From: Raillietiella orientalis
Taxonomy: Eukaryota
Length of the DNA stretch: 64,000 bases
Assembly: GCA_036172245.1 (NCBI GenBank)
Contig: JAYWIR010000004.1
Coordinates: forward strand, 5,208,001 to 5,272,000
Direction of reading: 5' to 3'
Part shown: positions 48,501-59,398 of the stretch, piece after piece
Position numbering within the stretch: position 1 is the first letter of the stretch
Layout: each line of letters starts with the position of its first letter
Program-made: the position numbers and the translations under genes
The notes under the pieces: generated by a model
The model's database searches: none
The model's input: the letters and a program-made list of their open reading frames with translations, nothing else
What the model was told of the DNA's origin: nothing

Positions 48501-51500
48501 ACCTCCCGATGGTTCGGCCAAGAAGCTGAACGGATCGCTTTCACCTCAGATTTTGCAACCACCCACATTTTTTCGAGCGCAGGCTTACAGTGCGAATCGT
48601 CGTTCTCGGAAATTCGTCCGCCTCGTTCCTGTCAGGCTGCGGGGGAAGAAAGAGGGCGCGCGTGCCCTACAGGTCTATTTTTAGGAGAGAAACAACGCAG
48701 CGACGCAACAATGCGACGTCGCATAGGCCTGCTGCTGCTACGAAACCGGAGCTCAGTTTCCCTTTGGCGCCTCGTACGGCATCTCCACGTTTCAGTCTCT
48801 ATGCAATGGGCTCACCAAACTTAGCGACGGAGCATGGATGAAGAATTGGCCTCTTTTCTTTTTTTTTTTTTTTTTTTTTTTTTTTTACGTGTGAAAAGTC
48901 ACGACTCATCCAAATTGCTTCGAGCTTGTTTTGTACAAAACCATCTTCCTCAGATAGCAATCGGAACGCTATCGGAATGCTATCTTTCTAGCAAGGTCTC
49001 CATAGTTATGGATGCCTTTGCAAAACATAGCGGTGCTCCTCCGTGAAGGCTTCGTTTCAGAACATGCTTTCACGTAAGGCCAGGGGTCAGTGATAGGGGG
49101 TCGAGCTAACTAGTCGGAGCTACTCACCCACATAACTACCCCTCGCCTATATCTTGAGCACCTATACTTCCTGTTGTGGCTGCCAAGTGTAGTTGCGTGC
49201 TCGTGTACGCTGTGTGTGTTCCTTAAGATAAGCAAACTTTGAGAAGTCAAGGGAAGGAAAGTTTTGCAGCGAGGTTGAGATGGAAACAACTTACCTGCTG
49301 CCAGTTTAATTATCTGCCTTACTGATATGAGAGATTCGAGATCGTTGGCGATGTGTCCAAGTTTGGAAGTATTCTCATTGGTATTTGCACTAGATAAAAA
49401 AAAACAGTCGTCTCCTATTAGTGCAAAGAACCTGATTTATTCGGTTTGGTGGGAAGAGCCATGAAGCTCAGGCAAATCTGAGGGTTTGAAAGCATCACCG
49501 ACGAGTCAGTGATCTCTTTTTGCAATCCGGAACCTATGAGGTACCTTCTGGAGCACGATAAAGTGATGGTTTCATCTCCATTTCACGTGCAACATGCCCA
49601 GAAGCCTAATTGTTAATTTGGGGCCAGTTGAAACTTTTGCTCTTTTGCTCTGGTATTGATGAGCATTCATTCAGAGAATGGAGTGAAAGGAAAGTGAAAA
49701 AAGGAAGAGAGAAGCATGAGAGGAGAGAGAGAGAGAGAGAAAACTTATTTGAGACACATAATTCTCAAGCTTCGAGATTGCTTTCGTCCTAGACTGGAGG
49801 AACTCCCACATTCCATGATAATAATACTTCTCAAAATCTTTCAAGTCTGCTCTCGAAAACGTTCTTCCAACAAATCATGAGAGCAACATAATCGTGATTA
49901 ACGCCATGTAGCTTTTTTCCTGAGTTTCTCGGTTTTTAGAAACAGTAGTTGATGCGTGCATAGAAACTCCTATTCTGATCGCGTCGTTGCATGGACCCTT
50001 TGCAATTGTACGAGTTTCCGATGGTTTTTTTTTTCTCTTTGATAATACTTTTATCTACCCTTTATTGCATTACTGTTGCATACGTTGGTTTTCACTTCAC
50101 CCCAAAATTTCGGCCCTTCATGCGAGTCGCCCTAAATTTCGTGGACTCCCCGACAACTCTTGAATGAATTGTCTTCAACACGAACATTTTTTTTACATAT
50201 TGAACTATCTTGCGCCATTTTTTCAAATACGTTTTTTGTCCTTGAAAAGAAAGTAGGATTAAAAAAACGTCAGCTGAGGAATAGAATTGTGAAACACACA
50301 GAAGTGAAAAGAGTGTGCCCGTGTAGGTAACGGCTTGGTTTTTCCGCATACTTGGAAGCAAACTGATGTCGAATGTAGGATGGCAGCTTTCTGGTACTCA
50401 GACGGTGTACAAATGAAAAGCCTGCTCTGTGCGCATGGACGGAGTGGGTGCATGGAGTGGCATCACCGGGTGGATCAAGTGGAGGCATCTAAAATGGATT
50501 CACCAAGTGAAATCACTTTTAGATCACAGGAAATTCCACGAACGAGCGTACACTGAAGCCGTTTCCCTAAATCCGACCACAGCAGTGTCGTGCACTGCTT
50601 GAGGATTGTGCTCGATATCGGAAAGCGAAACGGGAAAGCCTAAACCAGGGGGTCAAAGATCACGACTCTTTCCTTTAAAGACTTTCATTTACATTCATCT
50701 ACAGCACTCACTTCTCTGCGAATGAGAGGACGAAGCGGTTTGGGAAATAAATTCGAAGAAACGGTGCAAGTTCGAAGCATCAAATGCTAATCGTTATGAA
50801 AATGAAATGTAGCCATGATCACCGAGTTTCTCATTTTTTCCGCATTTCTCGTTTTTTTAATGGTCCCATCTGTCTCACGCCACTTCTTCAATACTTACAG
50901 AGTGCGAAATTCCAAACACATACATATCTCGCTCTATAACCCGCGAAATCTGATGGCGTGAACAATTCGATTCCCCACACGATTCTCTATTACGTGTGCG
51001 GATCGGCTGCATGTACAGTTTGACTAAGTGGGAAAAGTGATTGCGTACACAATTCAACAGTAGTTCCCTTGGAGGTTTCCTCCAGCTCACTTCCATGTCT
51101 GGTTGGGACTTCCCAGCAGCAGGCGTAGAAGTCAAGAGCTCGGGCAGCAACCGATCGGTTTCCCTGCGCAGACTCTGAGAGGCCGAACCACGGGCGGACG
51201 AGAGGGACGAGAAGAACGTGACGTCTCCGTCGTCGTCTTCTCCTTCCCCCGCTCTTGATCTTGAGCTACCTCACCCAGGGTCTCTTTCGCCTCGGAACGT
51301 TCTACCTTTCTACACATGTAGACGGCCTGGGGACAAGATAACATAGGAACGAAATTGTGATTAATCAGTTATGGATGACTGCAGCATCATTTCGTTTCAT
51401 GCGTTGAATTCTTCACAAGAACGTTCGAATCTAGTGTATTTTCTGCCTAGAATGTCAATCCCACATTTCAAAGCATCCATTTTAAAGTCCATGCATCTTT

Positions 51501-54500
51501 GTGATTCATGTAAACTTTACAAATTTGTCTTGGGCGAATACTTGCAGTGACGAGTTTTCATTTTCTATTATATGTACTATGAAAAATGTAAATGAATAGA
51601 ACTTCATGAAAGTAATATAGAGAAAATAAAAGAAAAAAAGAAACGACGTATATAAAGTGAATATTGTTAAACAGATTACGTGCAAGGCGTCTTTTCAAAG
51701 ATATGTGACAAAATAACATTATACAATTATTTACATACATACATATATATATATATATATTTACACAGAAAGACACAAACACTAGCAGATGGCGTTCCTG
51801 AACACATTGCATGCATCTTGTGTACGCGTGAATTTGTCAGTTAGCATACATACACAGTATATGAATACATAACTTAGTTTTTCATATTGAAAAGGTTGAG
51901 AAAAGCAAGAAAGAATATGAGCACAGTGTGGAAACTATTCAGCTTAATATATGGGACTGATTTCATATAAGCGTGATTCTGAAGTGCACATGGTTGTGTG
52001 CTTGATTGCGTTTGATAAAATATGATTTTCTTATGAGACAAACAAATTGTATGAGCATATATGGGCATGTGGATTCATCTGTCTTCTCTCGTTTTTTGGA
52101 TACAACTATGTAAGTAAGTAAATGTTGATTACGCCTCTCATTAAGTGCACTTCATATTCACTCACTGCCAATTTGAACAATTTACATTTTTGCAATGAAA
52201 ATTCCTTTTGGACAATCTCATGATTGTCTAAAAAATTTATATTGTCTACGACATCGAAATCCCACCGCTTACATTGCCAACCCTGTTTGTATTTGTTATG
52301 AAGAGTTCGTTCCCCACACAAAATGTTTACTTTCAAAACCGCTTACGATTTCGGCTGTGGATGTGCATACCGTTTCGGATTTTCAATAAGCATCTTGACT
52401 TGAATGTTAATAGTAGAAGTGAATATTAATGATTTGCATAAAAGCTTGGAAATCTATGAATAAGTGTACGTGTGTCAATGTTTGTTATCAAAGCATCTGC
52501 AATGATAAGTGTTCATTTTTGAATCTTCGCCGAAACTGTTCTCTTATTTAGTCTTATTGAACAGCCTCTGTATTCAAAAGAAAAAAGTCATAGAACCTAG
52601 GTTAGCACCTTAAACCGATTACTGTGATTAGTTGTGTGACGTAGAAAGGAACGGACTTTTGAGGATAGCGGCGTCTTACAATGTTTTACGTGCAAGTCTG
52701 TGCCATCTGTAAAGTTACGGGTAGCTTTTCGCCGTTAAATAATAGTATTCCATTTAGAAAATGATGCTTTCGTTTTTGCCGAACACCAGCGGTGATTTTT
52801 ATGGCGAAACCACTTGCCGTGGGCTTATTTAAAAAGCAGTACTGTACCTCTAACAATTTCTTTCTCGGTGTTTATGAATTCAGTTTCAGTTTCAGTGACT
52901 TAGTAATCTTTTGAGTGGCAGAAATAGGTTGAAAATTTGTTGCGCCTGACCCCGAGTGAGGGAATGCAGTGAATTTTATAATTGCTATGTGTTTCCCATG
53001 AGAATACAGTTTTGTTGATTCAAGTTTGCCTTCTTTCGTCCGTCGTGTTAGGCAATACGTAGTTTGATTTTGTGACTGATTGATTTTCTTTGAATGAATG
53101 AATACAATCATTAGCGAACCGTGATTCCGTGTTATCAGGAGATTGATTGCATTTGGATTTACATGAGTTTTTCATGCTATTAGAAAGATTCGTGACAGTA
53201 TATACTTATCAATGAGATGTGCAGTTCATGTAAAAAATTATTGAACCAGGAGGATTTATATTTCATCATAACTCTGCAGCAGCTAGCGTAATTGTTGTAA
53301 AGTCATCTCTAAAATATCTGTGGTGGTAGTATTGCTCGCTTTATCCCTCATAAACATTTATCAGATTTTTAGAATTGTCTCATTGTGTGAATCATCAGTA
53401 ATGCATTTGAACATTTAGAAAAAATATGGTCTTAAAGAAATGTTTCATAAGACTGAAGGTGGCACAGAACTGAAATATGCTTCAGTTCAATTCCTTGGTA
53501 GTTTGCAAACTCAAATCAACCCTGGATTGAGTCAGCATATGTGAACATGAAACATAGTAAAAAAAAAAAAAAAAAAAAAAAAAATTCATACTTTCACCAT
53601 CAATGCCATGAACTTGCTTATGAGTAATATCCTTATTGTTTTATTTAAACCTAATTCAATCCAGCCATAAGAAATACTCCAGTTAAGATCTGATGGTCAA
53701 AAAATTGTCATATGCTAAAGAAGTGATCATCTCAATTTCAAGAATGAAAACAAAAAAAAAAAAAAAAACCTTTGCAAGGGGATTTATGGAGAGTATTGAA
53801 TATTTTTTTCACAAGATGTTAATATTGCAATCGTAATGATGTCTTTTGTGTTGATGCAAGAATAATCTTGTTATTACTTTTCGGATTTTAATTTTTTCCT
53901 GTTCTTCCCTTTAATTTTCATGTTCATTTGCTGAATTGTAAGCATACATTGTTTCCACAAGTGATGTAGTTATGGTGTTCCAGTTTCTCAGGAGGTTCTT
54001 AGGTATTGCCAGAGGGATTGTAAAGCACAAAAGGAGCATAGGTGAAATCTGTAAACCATATTCAGGTTGTGATCAATAATTACCATGAAGATCTTCGAAT
54101 TTGTTATTAATAATGAAGCATGTTCATTATTGGCTCTCATTCAGTAATTTTGCATGGTCTTGTATGCCTCAATAATGGTTCTGTATGAAAATAGTGTTCA
54201 TTTTGCATTTATCATGAATCAGTACATTGTGAAACAGAATATTCGTATTATTTCATCATTTGTTATAAATAATCTCTAATGCAAAACCTGTTTTTGTGTA
54301 GTGACATTGCAGCCGCAAATACAATACTCAAGCTAACAATTGTCATTGCATCTTATGTTACAGTATTCATGTCACCTTTAAAAATGTGGCACAAATGACA
54401 CTGAACGCAGTTATGGATTTTCTACCAACCTTTTGATGGTATTGCTATTTTGGTATAGCTTCAGAAACTGAGTATTTTTGGTTCAAGTTATAATTTTACA

Positions 54501-55146
54501 AAATTTTGAGTAAACTAGTTTTAAGAACTGATGAAAGTAGTTACTGAATTCAGAATTAAAAGGAATTTGTTGAGTTGTTGATAGCCAAAGTTTTGATTTG
54601 TTTTTGTTCCGAGTGTTGTCTAGATTAATCTCACATAAGAATTGGTGCAATCAGCAATAAAATAATTTGCACTTTCAACAGTGAAAAAAAGAAAAAAAAA
54701 TTTGACATGATGTGTTACTTGCATCTGATTTACAAAAAAGTTAAAACATCTTCAGATTTTTTTTAAAAGCTTTTTTCTTGTTAATGGCACAAGCTTTTTT
54801 GAAAGCTTGTAGAAGTTTTGGTGTGTATGTTTTTGCCTGCCAATATTAAACGGAATATAAATAAATGACACCTAATTCCTTATTTGATAATCATAAGTAG
54901 CTCAATGTATGAACTTCCGTGGTGTAATTTGTATAAAGTTCCATTGAGTGATCAAATGTTTTAATATTAAGGATGAAATACATGCATCCAAGACTTGTGT
55001 CATCAATAAGCAGTATAGAAAAAAAAAAAAAAAAAAAATGGCTATTTGCTTTTGGCCTTATGTAGGTGGGAGTCCTGGAATGACCACAGATATTATTAAT
55101 ACCACCTCTAGGCAGATTGTATGCTTCGATGATGGTTTCCTTGTAG

Positions 55147-55884
55147 GAGCATCATTCACAGCGAGATGGATCCACAAACCAGATACCTGCATCTGCATCG
55201 GGGCATGCTGCAGATTCTGTATCTAGAGCTGGTAGTATTAATGAAGCTGCGCAAGATAATCTGTCAGTGGCTTCTGAGTTGCACTCAGAAACTTATGGCA
55301 GATTGGCTCCTGATGCAATCAATGCCAGCATCATGACTCTCATCAGTTTTGATTTATCTGTTGAGAATTTAAGTCAGCGTGCCAGGAGTAGCCATGAAGC
55401 AAGCTTTGCAGAGGATTTTTCCACAAATGAATCACATCAGGCTGTATCTCACCCCAGTATAGCCTCACAGCACAGACATTGGAGTGATTGCCAGTGCAAA
55501 CAATGCTGCACTTTAAATCAAGGCCCTCATGTACTCTTGTGCTCTCTACTGTGTATGCCATTGGTGATGCTTATAGGTATTCCTGCCAATCTGTATCTTG
55601 GATTGAGGATTTGCTTGGAGTGGCTCCATTCTGCCTGCTTTGGGCATGGGCGTGCTATGCAAATGTTTGGGTGCTCCATTGTGCTATTTATTTTATTGCT
55701 TCCCATTGCTATTTGCTTAAGTGTATATTGTGCTATACTACAACTTTCCTGTGATGCTGTACGTTGGGGACAGATGATCTCAGACTATTTCCATGGAAAT
55801 AATCTGGATCATGGTTTTTTTATGTGGCTACGTAATTCTTTAAATTCAGGACCTATTGCGTGTCGCTTAACAAGTGGATGTTAA
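55147..55884 (+). CDS. TMEM169: TMEM169-like transmembrane protein, main/terminal coding exon (5' end unresolved)
   Basis: GPHVLLCSLLCMPLV, YCAILQLS..W and DHGFFMWL parallel the TMEM169 motifs GPHVVLWTLICLPVV, YAAVVQLSW and EKGFCGWL. The frame is open back to a ttccttgtag acceptor at 55146; AATAAA at 55947-55952. Confidence 0.8.
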   Translation, partial: EHHSQRDGSTNQIPASASGHAADSVSRAGSINEAAQDNLSVASELHSETYGRLAPDAINASIMTLISFDLSVENLSQRARSSHEASFAEDFSTNESHQAVSHPSIASQHRHWSDCQCKQCCTLNQGPHVLLCSLLCMPLVMLIGIPANLYLGLRICLEWLHSACFGHGRAMQMFGCSIVLFILLLPIAICLSVYCAILQLSCDAVRWGQMISDYFHGNNLDHGFFMWLRNSLNSGPIACRLTSGC

Positions 55885-55981
55885 GACAGGATTAGTTAAG
55901 GAGAAAATATACTGCTAGTAATTTAAGTACTCCATGATGTTTACAAAATAAATATATTAGTGCTTATTTAATGCATTGCAC

Positions 55982-56517
55982 TCAAAGAAACGCTGGGTTA
56001 TTATGCTCAATGACACAGCGCCGACAGATTTGCCTTAAGCTACGATAGCCAGAAGGAGTTACAGATGTGCACTCTTGAAGGCTCAGCTGTTGCAGACCTC
56101 TACAGCACAGTGCTACCTGACGCAGACCGTTTTCACTAATTTGTTCACAGCCACGAACACTGAGTCTCTTCAAATTCAAGCATCCTTTTGCCAGAGCATC
56201 CAAACCGCAGTCCGTTATATCACACTTGCCCAAGTCCAAGGCACGTATACGACAGCACTTCTGTGACAAGGCTTCCACTGTTCTGTCGCTAACGGCTTCA
56301 CAACCACGTACGTTTAGGTACCGCAGTTTGGTACAATGTTGGATCAGGTATATAACTCCCGAGTCGGAGACTCTATCACATTTGGCAACGGACAGGTAAC
56401 GCAGGCTGCCTCCAACACTGGCAAGGTGATACAGACCGTAGTCCGTAATTCGGGGACAATCCGATACGCTTAGTTCTTTTAGTTCGTTCAGCAGGCATAA
56501 GTATTGTAATGCAACAT
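55982..56517 (-). CDS. FBXL7: F-box/LRR-repeat protein 7, last coding exon
   Basis: AMN1-type LRRs ending CRRCVIEHNNPAFL*, matching the FBXL7 C-terminus (CKRCVIEHTNPAFF); ttttcag acceptor. Confidence 0.93.
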
Positions 56518-56565
56518 CTGAAAAGTATGTGATATCTGGTGCTCTCGCTATGCTCGATCCATTAC

Positions 56566-56754
56566 CTGTTATGTTTACACAACGTCTTAGGTATAAATAC
56601 TGAAGGTGCGTGCTGAACCTCACCAGCTCTTTTAAGGTGTTATCTTCTATTCGGCGGCAGTCGGTAAGATCGAGGTAATGCAACTGCTGAAGAACTGCCA
56701 CCTCGTTTTTAAGGTACGAGTTTCTTGTAAACAACGAGTTGACTTCAATACATC
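56566..56754 (-). CDS. FBXL7: FBXL7 internal coding exon (189 nt)
   Basis: CIEVNSL...YLDLTDC..IED...LQYLYLRRCVNIT; ttccag acceptor, GTAATG donor, phase 1/1. Confidence 0.9.
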
Positions 56755-56867
56755 CTGGAATACAAGAGCTCAAATTACACAAACTCCTCCGCGTATGCCG
56801 GTTCATTAATTTTTAATCAAATGCGTTCCGCAGACACGGGTGCGACTTTTTACGAGAATCACTTTAC

Positions 56868-57713
56868 CTGCAATGTCTAAATGCTGAAGTTGCTTACATT
56901 CCGAAATTATTTCAGCGACTCCTTTATTGGTTATTTTAACACAGTTTCTCAGTTCGAGCTGTCTCAGCTTGGAGCACTTTTTGGCGATAAATGAGAGACC
57001 TGTGTCCGACAATCTAGAGCATCCGTTTAAAACAACTTTTTCCACCCCTAAGCACAGACGTGTCGCATTTTTTGTGGTCAGTGCCCGAGTGAGAGATTTC
57101 AGAGCCCAGTCGGCGTTCAAGTTTTGTCCTGTTAGCTTGATGGTCGTCCACATGCGCGGGTCCCATACAAGATCACGCCATCTCCGGCTCACACATGCAC
57201 ATACACAAAGCTGATCCGCTGTCAAATATGAGAAAATGGAGTGTAAGAGTTTATCTGGCAACTTGTCGAAGAAAGATTTTTTAATCGTACGATTCGGGAG
57301 TCTCTGGGGGATCTCGGGAGGACGAGGTCTGGGACCGTCATTGGGGCAGCTACTTAAAATATTCATATCTAGCGTTTCCGGGTAACCAGTACATCTCTTT
57401 GGTGTCAGATGAGATCGCGAATGCGATGTACTACTGGACGTCACCAGAGTGTGATATCCAAGATCATGGCTCGGCGAGCCACGATCGCTCAGTTTCACGA
57501 GAGAGCTTGTCACATATGTAGAGGCATCCGTAATTGTATCACACAGTTTGGAGGGAGCAGTATGGATGTGCATCGGATAAATGCATTCACTGGGAGGGAG
57601 GGATTCACACGAATTTCTTGCAAACCGGTAGTAAGACATGTCTGGGGATTCGGAGCTGCTGGACTCGATGCTGTTTTCTAAGTTTCCGGGAGATATTCCG
57701 GAATCAGTACCAT
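56868..57713 (-). CDS. FBXL7: FBXL7 exon with Ser-rich N-terminal region, F-box and first LRRs (846 nt)
   Basis: FDKLPDKLLHSIFSYL...VSRRWRDLVWDPRMWTTIKLTG F-box; strong ctctctctgttgcag acceptor, GTAAAG donor, phase 1/1. Confidence 0.92.
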
Positions 57714-59360
57714 CTGCAACAGAGAGAGAAATGAAACCCTTACTATGTACATTGCAGTTGAAAATGGTCAAGACGCGCCAATTCATGAATTTTTTTTTCT
57801 CCCTCCGGAGAGAGAGAAAAAGTGAGAGAGAAAATACGCGGAAGAGCTGGCACACGAGACCAACTCATTTCTCATAGCACCAAAGTGATCGGTGTGCAGT
57901 CGTTCTGCTCAATTTTAAGAGGTTTCCTTCCGCAAACCGTCGAACTGCTCCGGTGGATTATTTATTACGGAATCGAAACAGCATCTCTTTTCATAAGTAC
58001 ATCACCGGAGCTACTCCCGTTTTTTTTTTTTTTTGTCGGTAGACAGAGTGCTGCGAGCACGACGCAACGACGGTCGGCAAGAAAGTGTCGGAGGCGCTTT
58101 TGCTTCCCGGATCCCGTCTGTGGTAGGAAGTGGGCCTCTCCATCTGCTGTCTTCGAAAACCACGCGAACTGCATGTTCGGAATGAATGGCGCATTAACGA
58201 GAAAAAGAAAAGAAATGCACACTGAAGGCGTGGAGGACGTTATCCTCGGATTCCGCTCCTTAACCCCTGACGGATCCTTGGGAGCACTTGGGCTGAGTAC
58301 CAAAGAAGTCAGACGCAACGATGGGGCAGTGGTAGGTGAAGGGAGGGGGGGGGAAAAAAAAAAAAAAAAATCTTCTTCGCAACTCGCGCGCCGGCTTCGA
58401 GGAGGCTGCGGATTTTCCTCGCAGGCCGCGTGCCGACTCGAAATCGCCTGCGATTGCCTCCTTGCTTCGAACCCGGTTCCGCTGACTCGCGGGCATTCCG
58501 ACAGGAACGCGTCCACCAGAGAACGCGTGCCGCCGAAGGAAACATCCACATCGGCGTCCATCCTCGAGCTGCGTCCGAAGTGTTGCAAGAAGCGTTGCCG
58601 TCTGCCCCACTGCTTCTCGGTTCCGGAAACTTTTCCCATGCGCGAAGCGTCATCCTCGTGTTTTAATTAGGAGCTGCTGCTCGACTTGAATTCCTTACTT
58701 GCATTATGCTGTGAATTTTTACATGTGACGTAATGATTTATTACGCTGCTGCACGAAATATGGGCACTTAACATTCTTTTCGCTACCCTCCACCTATTTA
58801 TTTTTCGTGACCTGTGTTCCGTTTCAGATTTTCAAGATAAATCAGGGTAGTGCCGTGATGACTGCAGTTACTAATTAATAAACAAAAGCTCCCGTGTTTA
58901 CTTCGAATGAGGCCCATCACGTACACCGACTTGGTATATATATATCCTTTTTATTTATTTTTATTTATTTACACGCCCCACCGGCGGAAACTCCCCCCCC
59001 CCCCTCTCCCTCTCTCTTTGGAATGTGTGCACGCATTTCGTGTGTTGCAGTAGTACGGGATGCACACGTCCCCCCCTCTCTCTCTCTCTGTGTGTGTCCA
59101 TTCGACGAGCTTTCGTGAAATGGGAAAAGCCGTGCCAAGGTTCAGACGACTAAACAGCAATTTTCGGAAAATTAATTCCTCTGCTGATCCGTAACTCGCC
59201 GAATTTCGAAACCCTCGCTTCCCGCGCTTGCTAAGAGCACTGCTGCCGACGCCGATCGAAAAGGGGAATCGGGAAGAAGGGGGAGAGAGAGGAGAGGAGA
59301 GAGATGGGGGGGGGGGGGAGCCGGACAGGAGGCGCGATTTTTTTCTTCCCTTCCTCATAC

Positions 59361-59398
59361 CTGAGCTGGCCGAACTCCTACTGTCAGATCCGGCGGAC
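59361..59398 (-). CDS. FBXL7: candidate upstream FBXL7 micro-exon (SAGSDSRSSASS)
   Basis: The CAG|GTATGA donor is phase 1 and joins in frame to give SSASS-D-GTDSG, and there is a possible ctcaccag acceptor. Alternatively the exon extends to an in-frame ATG near 59475. Confidence 0.5.

Larger units (their letters stand above)
27300..48830. mobile_element. GC-rich island containing degenerate, nested L1/Tx1-like non-LTR retrotransposon fragments in both orientations
   Basis: Abrupt compositional shift. Clear ORF1/APE/RT/zinc-finger motifs occur at 39.7-45.4 kb and weaker remnants elsewhere; no host gene was recognised. TE origin of the whole island is inferred. Confidence 0.65.

Noticed and set aside
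45760..48800. Possible further minus-strand ORF1/APE remnant
   Set aside because: Only vague resemblance, with no intact GDFN, SDH or CCHC motif; it is left within the general island annotation.
26500..48830. Bacterial contamination or horizontal insert as the cause of the GC island
   Set aside because: It has no gene-dense prokaryotic ORFs, contains microsatellites, homopolymers and eukaryotic LINE remnants, and grades into the cpo 5' region.
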